This document shows, piece after piece, positions 6,491-14,346 of a DNA stretch of 64,000 nt; position 1 is the stretch's first letter; every line of letters begins with the position of its first letter. The position numbers and the translations under genes were made by a program. The notes beneath the pieces are model-generated. The model had not been told where the DNA came from. It searched no databases and saw only the letters and a list, made by a program, of their open reading frames with translations. Location: positions 4,116 through 68,115 of the forward strand of contig DAOTWY010000040.1 in assembly GCA_034435635.1 (NCBI GenBank), read 5' to 3'. Source of the DNA: Anaerolineae bacterium. GTDB taxonomy: Bacteria; Chloroflexota; Anaerolineae; Aggregatilineales; Phototrophicaceae.

Positions 6491-8419
6491 TTAGCCAGAT
6501 GGTACGGGTTCAATCCAATAAAAATCTTGACCCGCTTGAGCAACCCAGCCTGTTGAACCATCGTTCAGCCGGATGTTCCACCAGGTATAGCCATCAGCAC
6601 AGCGTGGACCGGCAATGACCAAGAATGTCTCACCTTCAGGCAAAAGCCGTGACACTTGTGTCCCGCTTGTTCCAGGTCCCGTCCGCAAATTAAGCGGCAA
6701 ACCGTCAACAAATGTTGTCCGTGCCACCACGCCGATTGTGATGCCGTTGTTTTCATGCGCACCACATGCTTGTGGATTAAGCGGGCTAACGATTGAGGCT
6801 TCAGTGGTTGCACGCTCAGCGACGCTAGTTAATTCAAGTGTGGCACCGGCTGGTTTAACCCAAACAAATACAGGATCACCATTTTGTGGCGGGATATCCC
6901 AAATGTATTGACTGTCTGACGCGCTGCGATAATATGCCAGGCTAAATATATTGGGTTCATCAATTACAGTGATGACACCGCCAGGTGCGCCAACGGTTGC
7001 ATTCGGTAGTTGATATAATGTTTGTGTGGCAAGGTCTAATACGGTATAGGATTGATCCATGCCACCATTGGTTGTGATGCGATACACTACCTGCGTGCCA
7101 TCCGCTGCCCAATTAGGATCAAACAGCGCATTAGGGCTACCACTTAACAAGTTTTGGGTGCTGCTCACATTATTATTATTGATTGTTGCTTGACGGATAA
7201 CGTTATAATTAGGCAACATGCCGCCCGGGTCACTGCTAGCGGGCAAATTTGCATCCAATTCAGGATAGATCATGCTGTCGTCCGTCGGCAAAATTGACAA
7301 ATCCGAGAAAGTATAAGGGCTATCTGTCAATGTGTTATTGGTTGGATACCAAACCAATGCCGGATAGCTGGCTGCCCCTCCAGTAAACCACAAATACAGC
7401 TGGAAGTGAACACCACCATCATCATTGAAATAAATAGGCTGTGGGAAATATGAACCATTTGGATTTTGTAAAGCATCGCTACTTTGTTGGGCTGTGCCGC
7501 TGAAGATCGCTTGTGCATCTGTTCGTGTAAGTTGTTGGGTGATTGTGCCACTGGCAAGGTCAACAATTGCAACACGCCAATTATTGCCTGGTTGTGGTGT
7601 GGAAACATTGGCAAATGTCACGGCGGCTTGAGTGGATGTTGCGTTAAAAATCAACGGGGAACCGACTTGAACGTTACCAGTTGTGTGCGTGTTTGTTCCA
7701 AAACCTAAAGATATTTCCTCACCTGCTTGTGCGGGAATAACGCGCTGTTGCCCGGTTTGGAAGTCATATATCCCTAATGCGCGCCCACCATTAGTCAAGG
7801 ATACAACTTGTAATAGATACCGTCCATTACGGCTGATTGACATTTGGAACATCTCTTGAATATTTTCATTGGGGATGCTTGGGCGTTGAACGCTTGCGAT
7901 TTCACCATTTAACCCAAGTAAATACAATACACGCTGTCCTTGCATATAAACCCAAGTGAGCGCATCTCCAGCAGCATTGATTGGGCGCGCTGCAATGGCA
8001 GGCGGGGTGCTTGTTGCAGGTGGTAGTGTTGGGTTCGTCGCCGGGGAAGGCGCATATGTGGGATCATCACTCCGATACAACGGTACTCCATTTGCCCCAC
8101 AAAGTACCATGATTGACCCATCCCACGAAATACGATAATTGTAATCCGTTCCTTGATACGTGATGATAATATTCAATGCACGGTTGGGAGTGGCTGGGTA
8201 GGTACGCCCTGGTACAGGGCATCCAAAGCTTGAGTCGTTATACACGACTTCTTCCCAAGACCAGTAATGGGTTTGCCTTGTAATCGGCGTATTTAACCCA
8301 AGGTATTGGCTAAGATGCGCCATCGCCTGGTCCACACGCTCTTCGGCTGTTTGGTTTTGCGCTTGTACGCCAATTACACCTAGAATCAATATCAACACAA
8401 AGATAATTTTTTGTCGCAT
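6491..8419 (-). CDS. Secreted beta-rich protein with C-terminal SH3b domain
   Basis: Signal peptide MRQKIIFVLILILGVIGVQAQ and a short P/T/S linker (PSPATNPTLPPATSTPPAIA). The C-terminal SH3b-like segment is LNLRTGPGTSGTQVSRLLPEGETFLVIAGPRCADGYTWWNIRLNDGSTGWV. Confidence 0.75.
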   Translation of the reverse strand: MRQKIIFVLILILGVIGVQAQNQTAEERVDQAMAHLSQYLGLNTPITRQTHYWSWEEVVYNDSSFGCPVPGRTYPATPNRALNIIITYQGTDYNYRISWDGSIMVLCGANGVPLYRSDDPTYAPSPATNPTLPPATSTPPAIAARPINAAGDALTWVYMQGQRVLYLLGLNGEIASVQRPSIPNENIQEMFQMSISRNGRYLLQVVSLTNGGRALGIYDFQTGQQRVIPAQAGEEISLGFGTNTHTTGNVQVGSPLIFNATSTQAAVTFANVSTPQPGNNWRVAIVDLASGTITQQLTRTDAQAIFSGTAQQSSDALQNPNGSYFPQPIYFNDDGGVHFQLYLWFTGGAASYPALVWYPTNNTLTDSPYTFSDLSILPTDDSMIYPELDANLPASSDPGGMLPNYNVIRQATINNNNVSSTQNLLSGSPNALFDPNWAADGTQVVYRITTNGGMDQSYTVLDLATQTLYQLPNATVGAPGGVITVIDEPNIFSLAYYRSASDSQYIWDIPPQNGDPVFVWVKPAGATLELTSVAERATTEASIVSPLNPQACGAHENNGITIGVVARTTFVDGLPLNLRTGPGTSGTQVSRLLPEGETFLVIAGPRCADGYTWWNIRLNDGSTGWVAQAGQDFYWIEPVPSG

Positions 8420-8534
8420 ATTCTATATCCCTCTTTAATGATTAGTCTGAGCCATCACTTATCATTATGAGGATAAATCAGCGTGAGATGCAAGCAATCG
8501 TCAGGCAGTCGTTGTGATAACGTCAGATTATTTG

Positions 8535-9413
8535 CTAATCTGCTTGAGTTTTTAATGTCATCAAACGGCGATATGTTGCCTGGAAAGTCAAACAATCCGA
8601 TGTGTGGAATGGTACGGGAGCTTCAATAGCTGCTGTGCCTGCCACCTCATGGTCAATTAATGCCTGTAATAGTTCTCTGTAGCGGATATCTGCTTCGTTA
8701 AGCGGGAGATGTTCTTTTTCTCCTTTGGATGTATAAGCGATCCCACTGATATGGCAATGCATTGTTTTAAGCGCGTCCTCACCTAACATCTCACGCATTT
8801 GTTTTAGAGCCTGATCAAATTCCGCATAGCTGTTAAATGTACCATCGCCGCGCCTAGCATGAAGATGCGCCCAGTCTATGCAGGGTTGTACGCCTTGTAC
8901 ATCCCGCGCTAATTGTAAGACCTCATCCAGATCACCGAACATGCTCGGCTTGCCCATTGTCTCTGGGCGGAGTGTGACATTGATGCCTTCCTCACGTAAA
9001 ATCCCGGTGAGTTCAATCAATTTCTGTTTAACGCGCTCATAAACCTGCTCAGCTGGCTGACCATGATAGCTGCCAGGATGAAATACAATATCACGCGCTC
9101 CTGCTAAATACCCTTTACGTGCCGCTGTCAGTAACCGCTCATCGCTGGCTGCCATTTTTTCCGCCGTTTGGCTATTCAAGTTGATGAAATACGGTGCATG
9201 AACACTCAGTGTGATTTGATGCGCCTCAGCTGTCGTTTTAATCATATCGCACGTTTTATCATGGACTTTCACGCTGCGCGTCCACGCAATTTCAAGATGC
9301 GCTAACCCTAATTGCTTGCTGTGTTCAATGGCGGCGGGGGTGCCACTGCTTGGTGTAGTTTGTGGGGAGCCAACTGTCCCAAACCGGATATGATCGGTAT
9401 AAGTCACTGCCAC
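8535..9413 (-). CDS. Endonuclease IV-like TIM-barrel protein (xylose isomerase-like fold)
   Basis: Motifs HAPYFINL, FHPGSY, RPETMGK, CIDWAHLH and HCHISG parallel the metal-binding motifs of the AP endonuclease family 2. Confidence 0.65.
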   Translation of the reverse strand: MAVTYTDHIRFGTVGSPQTTPSSGTPAAIEHSKQLGLAHLEIAWTRSVKVHDKTCDMIKTTAEAHQITLSVHAPYFINLNSQTAEKMAASDERLLTAARKGYLAGARDIVFHPGSYHGQPAEQVYERVKQKLIELTGILREEGINVTLRPETMGKPSMFGDLDEVLQLARDVQGVQPCIDWAHLHARRGDGTFNSYAEFDQALKQMREMLGEDALKTMHCHISGIAYTSKGEKEHLPLNEADIRYRELLQALIDHEVAGTAAIEAPVPFHTSDCLTFQATYRRLMTLKTQAD

Positions 9414-9481
9414 GTTTGCCTTTCTTTTTGCGTATTATATGATTGTAGTGGCTTTATCAGTCATCAAACAGGATTAAAATC

Positions 9482-10288
9482 ATGGAACAACCCCTCACTA
9501 GCCGACAAACATGGATGATTACATTAGTTGGAGCCGTTATTGTGTATCTGCTTTGGAATGTTGATTGGTTGTCGTTTATTGCGTATCCTTTTCGCTTATT
9601 TGTGACGTATGTTCATGAAGCCGGGCATAGTTTGATGGCGATTGCAACCGGCGGGGAAGTCCTAAAATTCACGGTTTCCCCTAATGGCTCTGGCTTGGCA
9701 ATAACGGCGGGCGGTTCACGGGCATTGATCTTACCAGCCGGATATGTTGGTGCAGCGTTTTTTGGTGCGGTCTTGTTTTACCTGATTAATCGTTATCCAC
9801 GGTTAGTGCGTGGTATCGGCGGCTTGCTAGGTATTTTTTTGGTGATATTCACAGTGTTATTTGCTCGTCCTGATGCAGGGAATGCACCTACAGCTGTGAT
9901 TGTTGGGTTACTCAGTGGGGGCTTGCTGATTTGGCTGGCATGGAAAGCAAGCCTTACAATCAATCTGTTAGTTTTAAGTGTTTTGTCTATGATGACCGGG
10001 CTGAATGCCGTTTTAGACGTTGTGCAATTGATTCATTTTGCTGATATGCAAATCATGGGGGGGATGGTGCGCAACGATGCCGCTGCTTTTAGCCAAGAAG
10101 TTGCTGGTGGCGTTTTGCCAGCCTCCTTTTGGGCAATTATTTGGGCGGCAATGGCTTTGATGATGTGCGGTGCTTCTGTTTATTACAGCTTGATCAAACC
10201 CTGGCTTGATAATGCCCAATCAAAAGCCGATGATTTCACAGGTATCAACCGTACAAAAGCCGACGAAATAGACTTTTCTCAGTTTTAA
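9482..10288 (+). CDS. M50B-like membrane metallopeptidase
   Basis: Polytopic membrane protein with an HExxH motif in YVHEAGHSLMAIATGG followed by SPNGSGLA. Confidence 0.7.
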   Translation: MEQPLTSRQTWMITLVGAVIVYLLWNVDWLSFIAYPFRLFVTYVHEAGHSLMAIATGGEVLKFTVSPNGSGLAITAGGSRALILPAGYVGAAFFGAVLFYLINRYPRLVRGIGGLLGIFLVIFTVLFARPDAGNAPTAVIVGLLSGGLLIWLAWKASLTINLLVLSVLSMMTGLNAVLDVVQLIHFADMQIMGGMVRNDAAAFSQEVAGGVLPASFWAIIWAAMALMMCGASVYYSLIKPWLDNAQSKADDFTGINRTKADEIDFSQF

Positions 10289-10402
10289 TTCATTTGGCAA
10301 ACGTAAGATTAAAAATAGTCATCGGTTCATAATAGATAGAAACCAGCTTGTTGCTTGGTGGCTACTAAGCAGAGTATATGATGTATTGAAAGGAGAATTC
10401 TC

Positions 10403-10687
10403 ATGCCAAAAGCAATTTGGAATGGGGTGGTTATCGCGGAAAGTGATCATACGGAAATTGTGGAAGGCAATCACTATTTCCCGCCTGAATCAATAAAAAA
10501 AGAATATTTTTTTGAAACAGATAAACATACGACCTGCCCATGGAAGGGTATCGCCAGTTATTACACCCTAAAGGTGAATGGTGAGGAAAACCCAAACGCT
10601 GCTTGGTTTTATCCTGATCCCAAGCCAGCGGCGGAAAGCATCAAAAATCATGTGGCTTTTTATGGCAGTGTGACAATCGAGGAATAG
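10403..10687 (+). CDS. DUF427 domain protein
   Basis: Pattern WNGVVIAESD..VEGNHYFP..CPWKGIASYY..AAWFYPDP..VAFY, with an AAAGGAG RBS upstream. Confidence 0.75.
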   Translation: MPKAIWNGVVIAESDHTEIVEGNHYFPPESIKKEYFFETDKHTTCPWKGIASYYTLKVNGEENPNAAWFYPDPKPAAESIKNHVAFYGSVTIEE

Positions 10688-10708
10688 ATTGCCCAAGATT
10701 TAAAAATT

Positions 10709-10732
10709 GCCGAGTGTTTGCTCGGCTTTTTT
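10709..10732 (+). terminator. Rho-independent terminator
   Basis: gccgag (10709-10714) / ctcggc (10721-10726) with a 6-nt loop, followed by T6 (10727-10732). Confidence 0.65.
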
Positions 10733-10753
10733 AGAGTAAAATAAAAACCCCTT

Positions 10754-10848
10754 GGGGGTGAATGTGTCCCGGTGGATGCCCCGGTCTTCAAAACCGGTGA
10801 CAGGCTGCGATGGCAGGCTGTGGTGGGTTCGACTCCCATTCACTCCCG
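10754..10848 (+). tRNA. selC: tRNA-Sec (anticodon UCA)
   Basis: 95 nt. The acceptor stem is 8 bp (GGGGGTGA/TCACTCCC, one G-U). The D-stem is 6 bp (GTGTCC/GGATGC) with the 4-nt loop CGGT. The anticodon stem is CCGGT/ACCGG with loop CTTCAAA. A long variable arm (ACAGGCTGC-GATG-GCAGGCTGT) has one mismatch. The T-arm is GTGGG-TTCGACT-CCCAT and the discriminator is G. CCA is not encoded. The layout is collinear with E. coli selC. Confidence 0.9.
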
Positions 10849-10911
10849 TTTGTGTGATTTCCCAAAATCTCCTATCATCAAAAAAATAAAATTAATCCAG
10901 GAGACTCTACA

Positions 10912-12852
10912 ATGAGACGTGCAATACTGTTGTTTTTGTTGCTGTGGTCATTTTCTGCATTCGCACAAGCCACGGAAGAATACACTGGTTATATGGGAGA
11001 TGATGTCCCTAATGATCAGTACCGTATCTCGCTCAATGCTGGGCAAACCGTCACCATTACAGCCGAAGCAACGAGCGGTAATTTGGATACTTATATTTGG
11101 CTTGCTGATACGAGTGGGAATATTCTTGTCGAAAATGATGATCGCGCGCCGGGAGACCTCAATTCATTGTTGATCTATACAGCCGTTGATGCCGGAGAAT
11201 ACGTTGTATGGGTGAGCAATATTCAAGGAACGAGTGGGGATTATCGCCTGATAATTGCTTATGATGCAGCCAATCAATCACAACCAAGTGGTGATTTCCA
11301 GGCACAAACCGCTTTACAAGATGCACAGCAATTTACAGGTTATATGGCTGATGATGTCCCGGATGATCGCTATCCTGTTTATCTTGAGGCGGGTCAAGGG
11401 ATTGTGGCAACTGCTGACCGCACCAGTGGTGATTTGGATACAGTTGTGGTGATTGAAGACCCCACTGGCGATGTTGTGGCGATGAATGATGATCGTGACC
11501 TGAACGACTTAAATTCCCGTGCTGCTTATGTGGCACAAACTAGTGGAGAACACACTGTCATCGTGAGTAATTACGAAGGTTCTAGCGGTGACTATTTATT
11601 ACAAATTGCTATCGTCACTGCAGAAGAAGCCGAAGCCGTTAGCCGCATTGAGCTGAGTGGCTCAGTTCAATATTATGATACAGAACATTTTCGTATCCAT
11701 TACACATTAGAAGGGGATGATGCCACCACAACAGATTATGTCTTTGCTGTTGCTCAGGCATTAGAAGATACCTATGCCTTGCAAATCACTACCTTGGATT
11801 GGGCAATCCCACCAGCGGATGGTGGACGCGGAGGCAATGACTTATATGATGTCTATGTAATGGACTTGGTTAATGATTATGATGGGGGCGATCTTGGATT
11901 TAATTCCCCAGAATATCCCTCTGCAGATAACCCTAATACCCCCGCCATAGAGGAATATGCTGTGCCCAGCTATCTTGTAATTGATAATGACTATAATCTG
12001 AGCGATGTTGATGAACCCATTCGTTTAATGCGCGCGACTGTGGCTCATGAGTATCATCATGGAATTCAATTCGGTTTTGATCAAAACGAATCACATGGTT
12101 GGTATTATGAGGCAACCGCTTCTTGGATGGAAACCATCACCTTCCCAGAGGACGAAGATGCAAGCGGCTATGTACAAAATGTCTATTCTTACCCAGAAAT
12201 ATGCTTAGGGGCAGAAGGCGAAGCAGACCCCACAGAGGGCTTTTTAATGTATGGCTCTTGGCTGTTTATGCAATCCCTCAGTGATGCGCATACCAAGCAG
12301 GTGATTAATGATTTATGGGCAAATATCGCTCAGTTAGAAGGTTGGGCTGCTCTAGAGGCAACTTTAGCCGCATATGACGATACAATTGAGCAAGCGGTCA
12401 CTCGTTATCATCTGCAAAATTTGATGCGTGATTATGATCTTGCACCAGCGTTTGATGGAGCAACCGTCTGGCTAGAAAATACGATTAATGCTCCTGGAGA
12501 TTGGTCATATACCGGGCGTGGTATTCAAGAATTAGCAGCAAATTATTTCAAGCTTGAGGTACCGGCGGGGCTATATACCGTGACATTAAACGGCGCACCA
12601 ACACTCCATGTTTGGGCTGTGGGTATTCAAGGTGAATCAGCAGATGCATTTTCGCTAGGTCAACAGGGTAGTGTGGATACAACCCCATATAATGAGATGT
12701 ATCTTGTTGTTATCAACCAAGCTTATGATGATGATGTAAATGCTTGCGAGTATAGTAGTTATTCGCTTGATATTACAGTCGGCGGAGAATCGGTTCAATC
12801 ACCCGTTTATCAGCTGAATCCGCGCCATTTCATCACATTACAAAGTCGTTGA
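10912..12852 (+). CDS. Secreted zinc metalloprotease with two N-terminal PPC/collagenase-type beta-sandwich repeats
   Basis: Signal peptide MRRAILLFLLLWSFSAFAQA. A duplicated ~95-aa module begins YTGYMGDDVPNDQY... and FTGYMADDVPDDRY..., each ending SGDY.L.IA. The HExxH motif is in VAHEYHHGIQF. The exact family was not resolved by eye. Confidence 0.7.
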   Translation: MRRAILLFLLLWSFSAFAQATEEYTGYMGDDVPNDQYRISLNAGQTVTITAEATSGNLDTYIWLADTSGNILVENDDRAPGDLNSLLIYTAVDAGEYVVWVSNIQGTSGDYRLIIAYDAANQSQPSGDFQAQTALQDAQQFTGYMADDVPDDRYPVYLEAGQGIVATADRTSGDLDTVVVIEDPTGDVVAMNDDRDLNDLNSRAAYVAQTSGEHTVIVSNYEGSSGDYLLQIAIVTAEEAEAVSRIELSGSVQYYDTEHFRIHYTLEGDDATTTDYVFAVAQALEDTYALQITTLDWAIPPADGGRGGNDLYDVYVMDLVNDYDGGDLGFNSPEYPSADNPNTPAIEEYAVPSYLVIDNDYNLSDVDEPIRLMRATVAHEYHHGIQFGFDQNESHGWYYEATASWMETITFPEDEDASGYVQNVYSYPEICLGAEGEADPTEGFLMYGSWLFMQSLSDAHTKQVINDLWANIAQLEGWAALEATLAAYDDTIEQAVTRYHLQNLMRDYDLAPAFDGATVWLENTINAPGDWSYTGRGIQELAANYFKLEVPAGLYTVTLNGAPTLHVWAVGIQGESADAFSLGQQGSVDTTPYNEMYLVVINQAYDDDVNACEYSSYSLDITVGGESVQSPVYQLNPRHFITLQSR

Positions 12853-12890
12853 TTAAACAAATACAAATAACTATAAAATTCACCACTTTT

Positions 12891-12924
12891 ACCGGGTTGG
12901 TCATACAATACCAGCCCGGTTTTT
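12891..12924 (+). terminator. Rho-independent terminator
   Basis: accgggttgg (12891-12900) / ccagcccggt (12911-12920) forms a 10-bp stem with one G-U and a 10-nt loop, followed by tttt. The T-run overlaps the stop of the convergent sixA gene. Confidence 0.6.
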
Positions 12925-13393
12925 ACGATTTTGTAATGGCATCAAATATTTTGGGGGCAATCAACCAAACTAACATCCCACTTGAAGCTGTGATCAAATC
13001 TACCCGTGCCAGCCCTCCTTTTTTCATCTCAATTTGCGTACCCGTCAATTGGCTCACAACCTCGCTCATGCTTGGGTTATGTCCAACGAGCATGATCTTC
13101 GTTTCAGTTGTTTTTCCCTTTAGTAGTTGATGGAGTAACATGAGGTTGAAGTCAAAATTTAGCTCATCTCGGATTTCGACGGAAGTGCCTAATGTGTCAG
13201 CCAGGATATCGGCTGTCTGCTTAGCACGGATTCGTGGACTGCTAAAAATATAATCGGGTTTTATCCCCAGGTTTTTTAGAACCGCTGCGGCGTTTTTGGT
13301 GCGGAATATCCCTTTTGGGGTTAATTGACGGTCATGATCGCTTAGACCGGCTTGATATTCTGCATCACCATGACGGAAAAAATAGAGAATCAT
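12923..13393 (-). CDS. sixA: Phosphohistidine phosphatase SixA (histidine phosphatase superfamily)
   Basis: N-terminal RHG motif (MILYFFRHGDAE) and a second His motif (LVGHNP). At 156 aa the size is typical of SixA. Confidence 0.8.
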   Translation of the reverse strand: MILYFFRHGDAEYQAGLSDHDRQLTPKGIFRTKNAAAVLKNLGIKPDYIFSSPRIRAKQTADILADTLGTSVEIRDELNFDFNLMLLHQLLKGKTTETKIMLVGHNPSMSEVVSQLTGTQIEMKKGGLARVDLITASSGMLVWLIAPKIFDAITKS

Positions 13394-13418
13394 GGTTTAA
13401 TCCCTTCTATATAGAATC

Positions 13419-13440
13419 AAAAAGGCGGCTTGTTGCCGCC
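13419..13440 (-). terminator. Rho-independent terminator of the flp gene
   Basis: On the minus strand, ggcggc-aacaa-gccgcc (13424-13440) is followed by T5 (complement of the A-run at 13419-13423). Confidence 0.55.
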
Positions 13441-13465
13441 CTTTAGAGATTTGCCTCGGTACGGA

Positions 13466-13624
13466 CTAGCTGCCGCCACCCAGGTTCTTGAAGATGTTGG
13501 AGAACACGTTACCAACGACCGGACCAAGCAATGCGAGGATCACGATCACGACAACAGCAACCAATACCAGGATGAGAGCATATTCTACGAGACCCTGGCC
13601 TTCTTCTTGTGGTCTGTACAGCAT
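13466..13624 (-). CDS. flp: Flp/Fap family type IVb pilin (52 aa, below ORF-track cutoff)
   Basis: MLYRPQEEGQGLVEYALILVLVAVVVIVILALLGPVVGNVFSNIFKNLGGGS. It has the G-XXXX-EY prepilin processing motif followed by a hydrophobic helix. AAGGAG (13633-13638) lies 8 nt upstream of the ATG, and the gene has its own promoter and terminator. Confidence 0.8.
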   Translation of the reverse strand: MLYRPQEEGQGLVEYALILVLVAVVVIVILALLGPVVGNVFSNIFKNLGGGS

Positions 13625-13676
13625 GATAATTTCTCCTTATAAATCTTATGATAACTGCTTCATGCAGCTTGGTAAC

Positions 13677-13706
13677 ATCATATCACAAGTTTTCATTAAA
13701 TGTCAA
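13677..13706 (-). promoter_or_regulatory. Putative sigma70-type promoter of flp
   Basis: On the minus strand: TTGACA (13701-13706), 18-nt spacer, TATGAT (13677-13682). Confidence 0.4.
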
Positions 13707-13811
13707 AGGGTTTAGAAAAAATTTTACAAATCTTAACATCAACATTTCATTTTAGTCTATATCCCGTTTTTAGCCTCATATTTCTTCATAAACCCTTCAT
13801 TTTTGAATATT

Positions 13812-14234
13812 TTAATCTGTTTTAGGGCTTGATGGCATCTGATCTAAATACTTTTTTAATTCATCTAAATGCTTTTTTAATGGTGTGTTTGGTACCATTT
13901 CACTACTTTCAAGCAGGCGTTGTAGGGCATATTGATCGTTCATATTGGTGGCATGAATGGTCAATGCGCTGTGTTCTGTCAGATGTTTTAATAGGTACGG
14001 ATATTCCTGTGTCAGATGATACACAATCCCCTTTACAATAACTGTTGCTGACTGATTCCGCCCATCCACCTTCACAGTGATCTCATTTGTTGTATTAAGT
14101 ATTTCTAATGTGTTTTGGGCAATTGGCACACCCGCCTGAATCCAATCCCGTAAATCTTGATGTGGCAGCTCTGGTGGTTTTTCTCCTTTTAGTGTTAACC
14201 ACAATGCCTTAAAAAATAACTTTATATTCCGCAT
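13812..14234 (-). CDS. Hypothetical protein
   Basis: 140-aa ORF with no overlapping better ORF. No family recognised. Confidence 0.5.
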   Translation of the reverse strand: MRNIKLFFKALWLTLKGEKPPELPHQDLRDWIQAGVPIAQNTLEILNTTNEITVKVDGRNQSATVIVKGIVYHLTQEYPYLLKHLTEHSALTIHATNMNDQYALQRLLESSEMVPNTPLKKHLDELKKYLDQMPSSPKTD

Positions 14235-14286
14235 TGATCCCCTTCATAGCCAACCAACGATTACCCACCGTATTATAGACCGAACC

Positions 14287-14316
14287 TTGACGTTAAGAAA
14301 GACATTTCCTTATGAT
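14287..14316 (+). promoter_or_regulatory. Putative sigma70-type promoter of the first GT-C gene
   Basis: TTGACG (14287-14292), 18-nt spacer, TATGAT (14311-14316). Confidence 0.35.
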
Positions 14317-14346
14317 GTCTGCGCGAAGTAGACAAAGGGACAAAAT

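Noticed and set aside
13430-13715. Plus-strand ORFs 13430-13642 and 13488-13715
   Set aside because: They are antisense to the Flp pilin gene, which has an RBS, promoter, terminator and family motif. Their products have no recognisable features.
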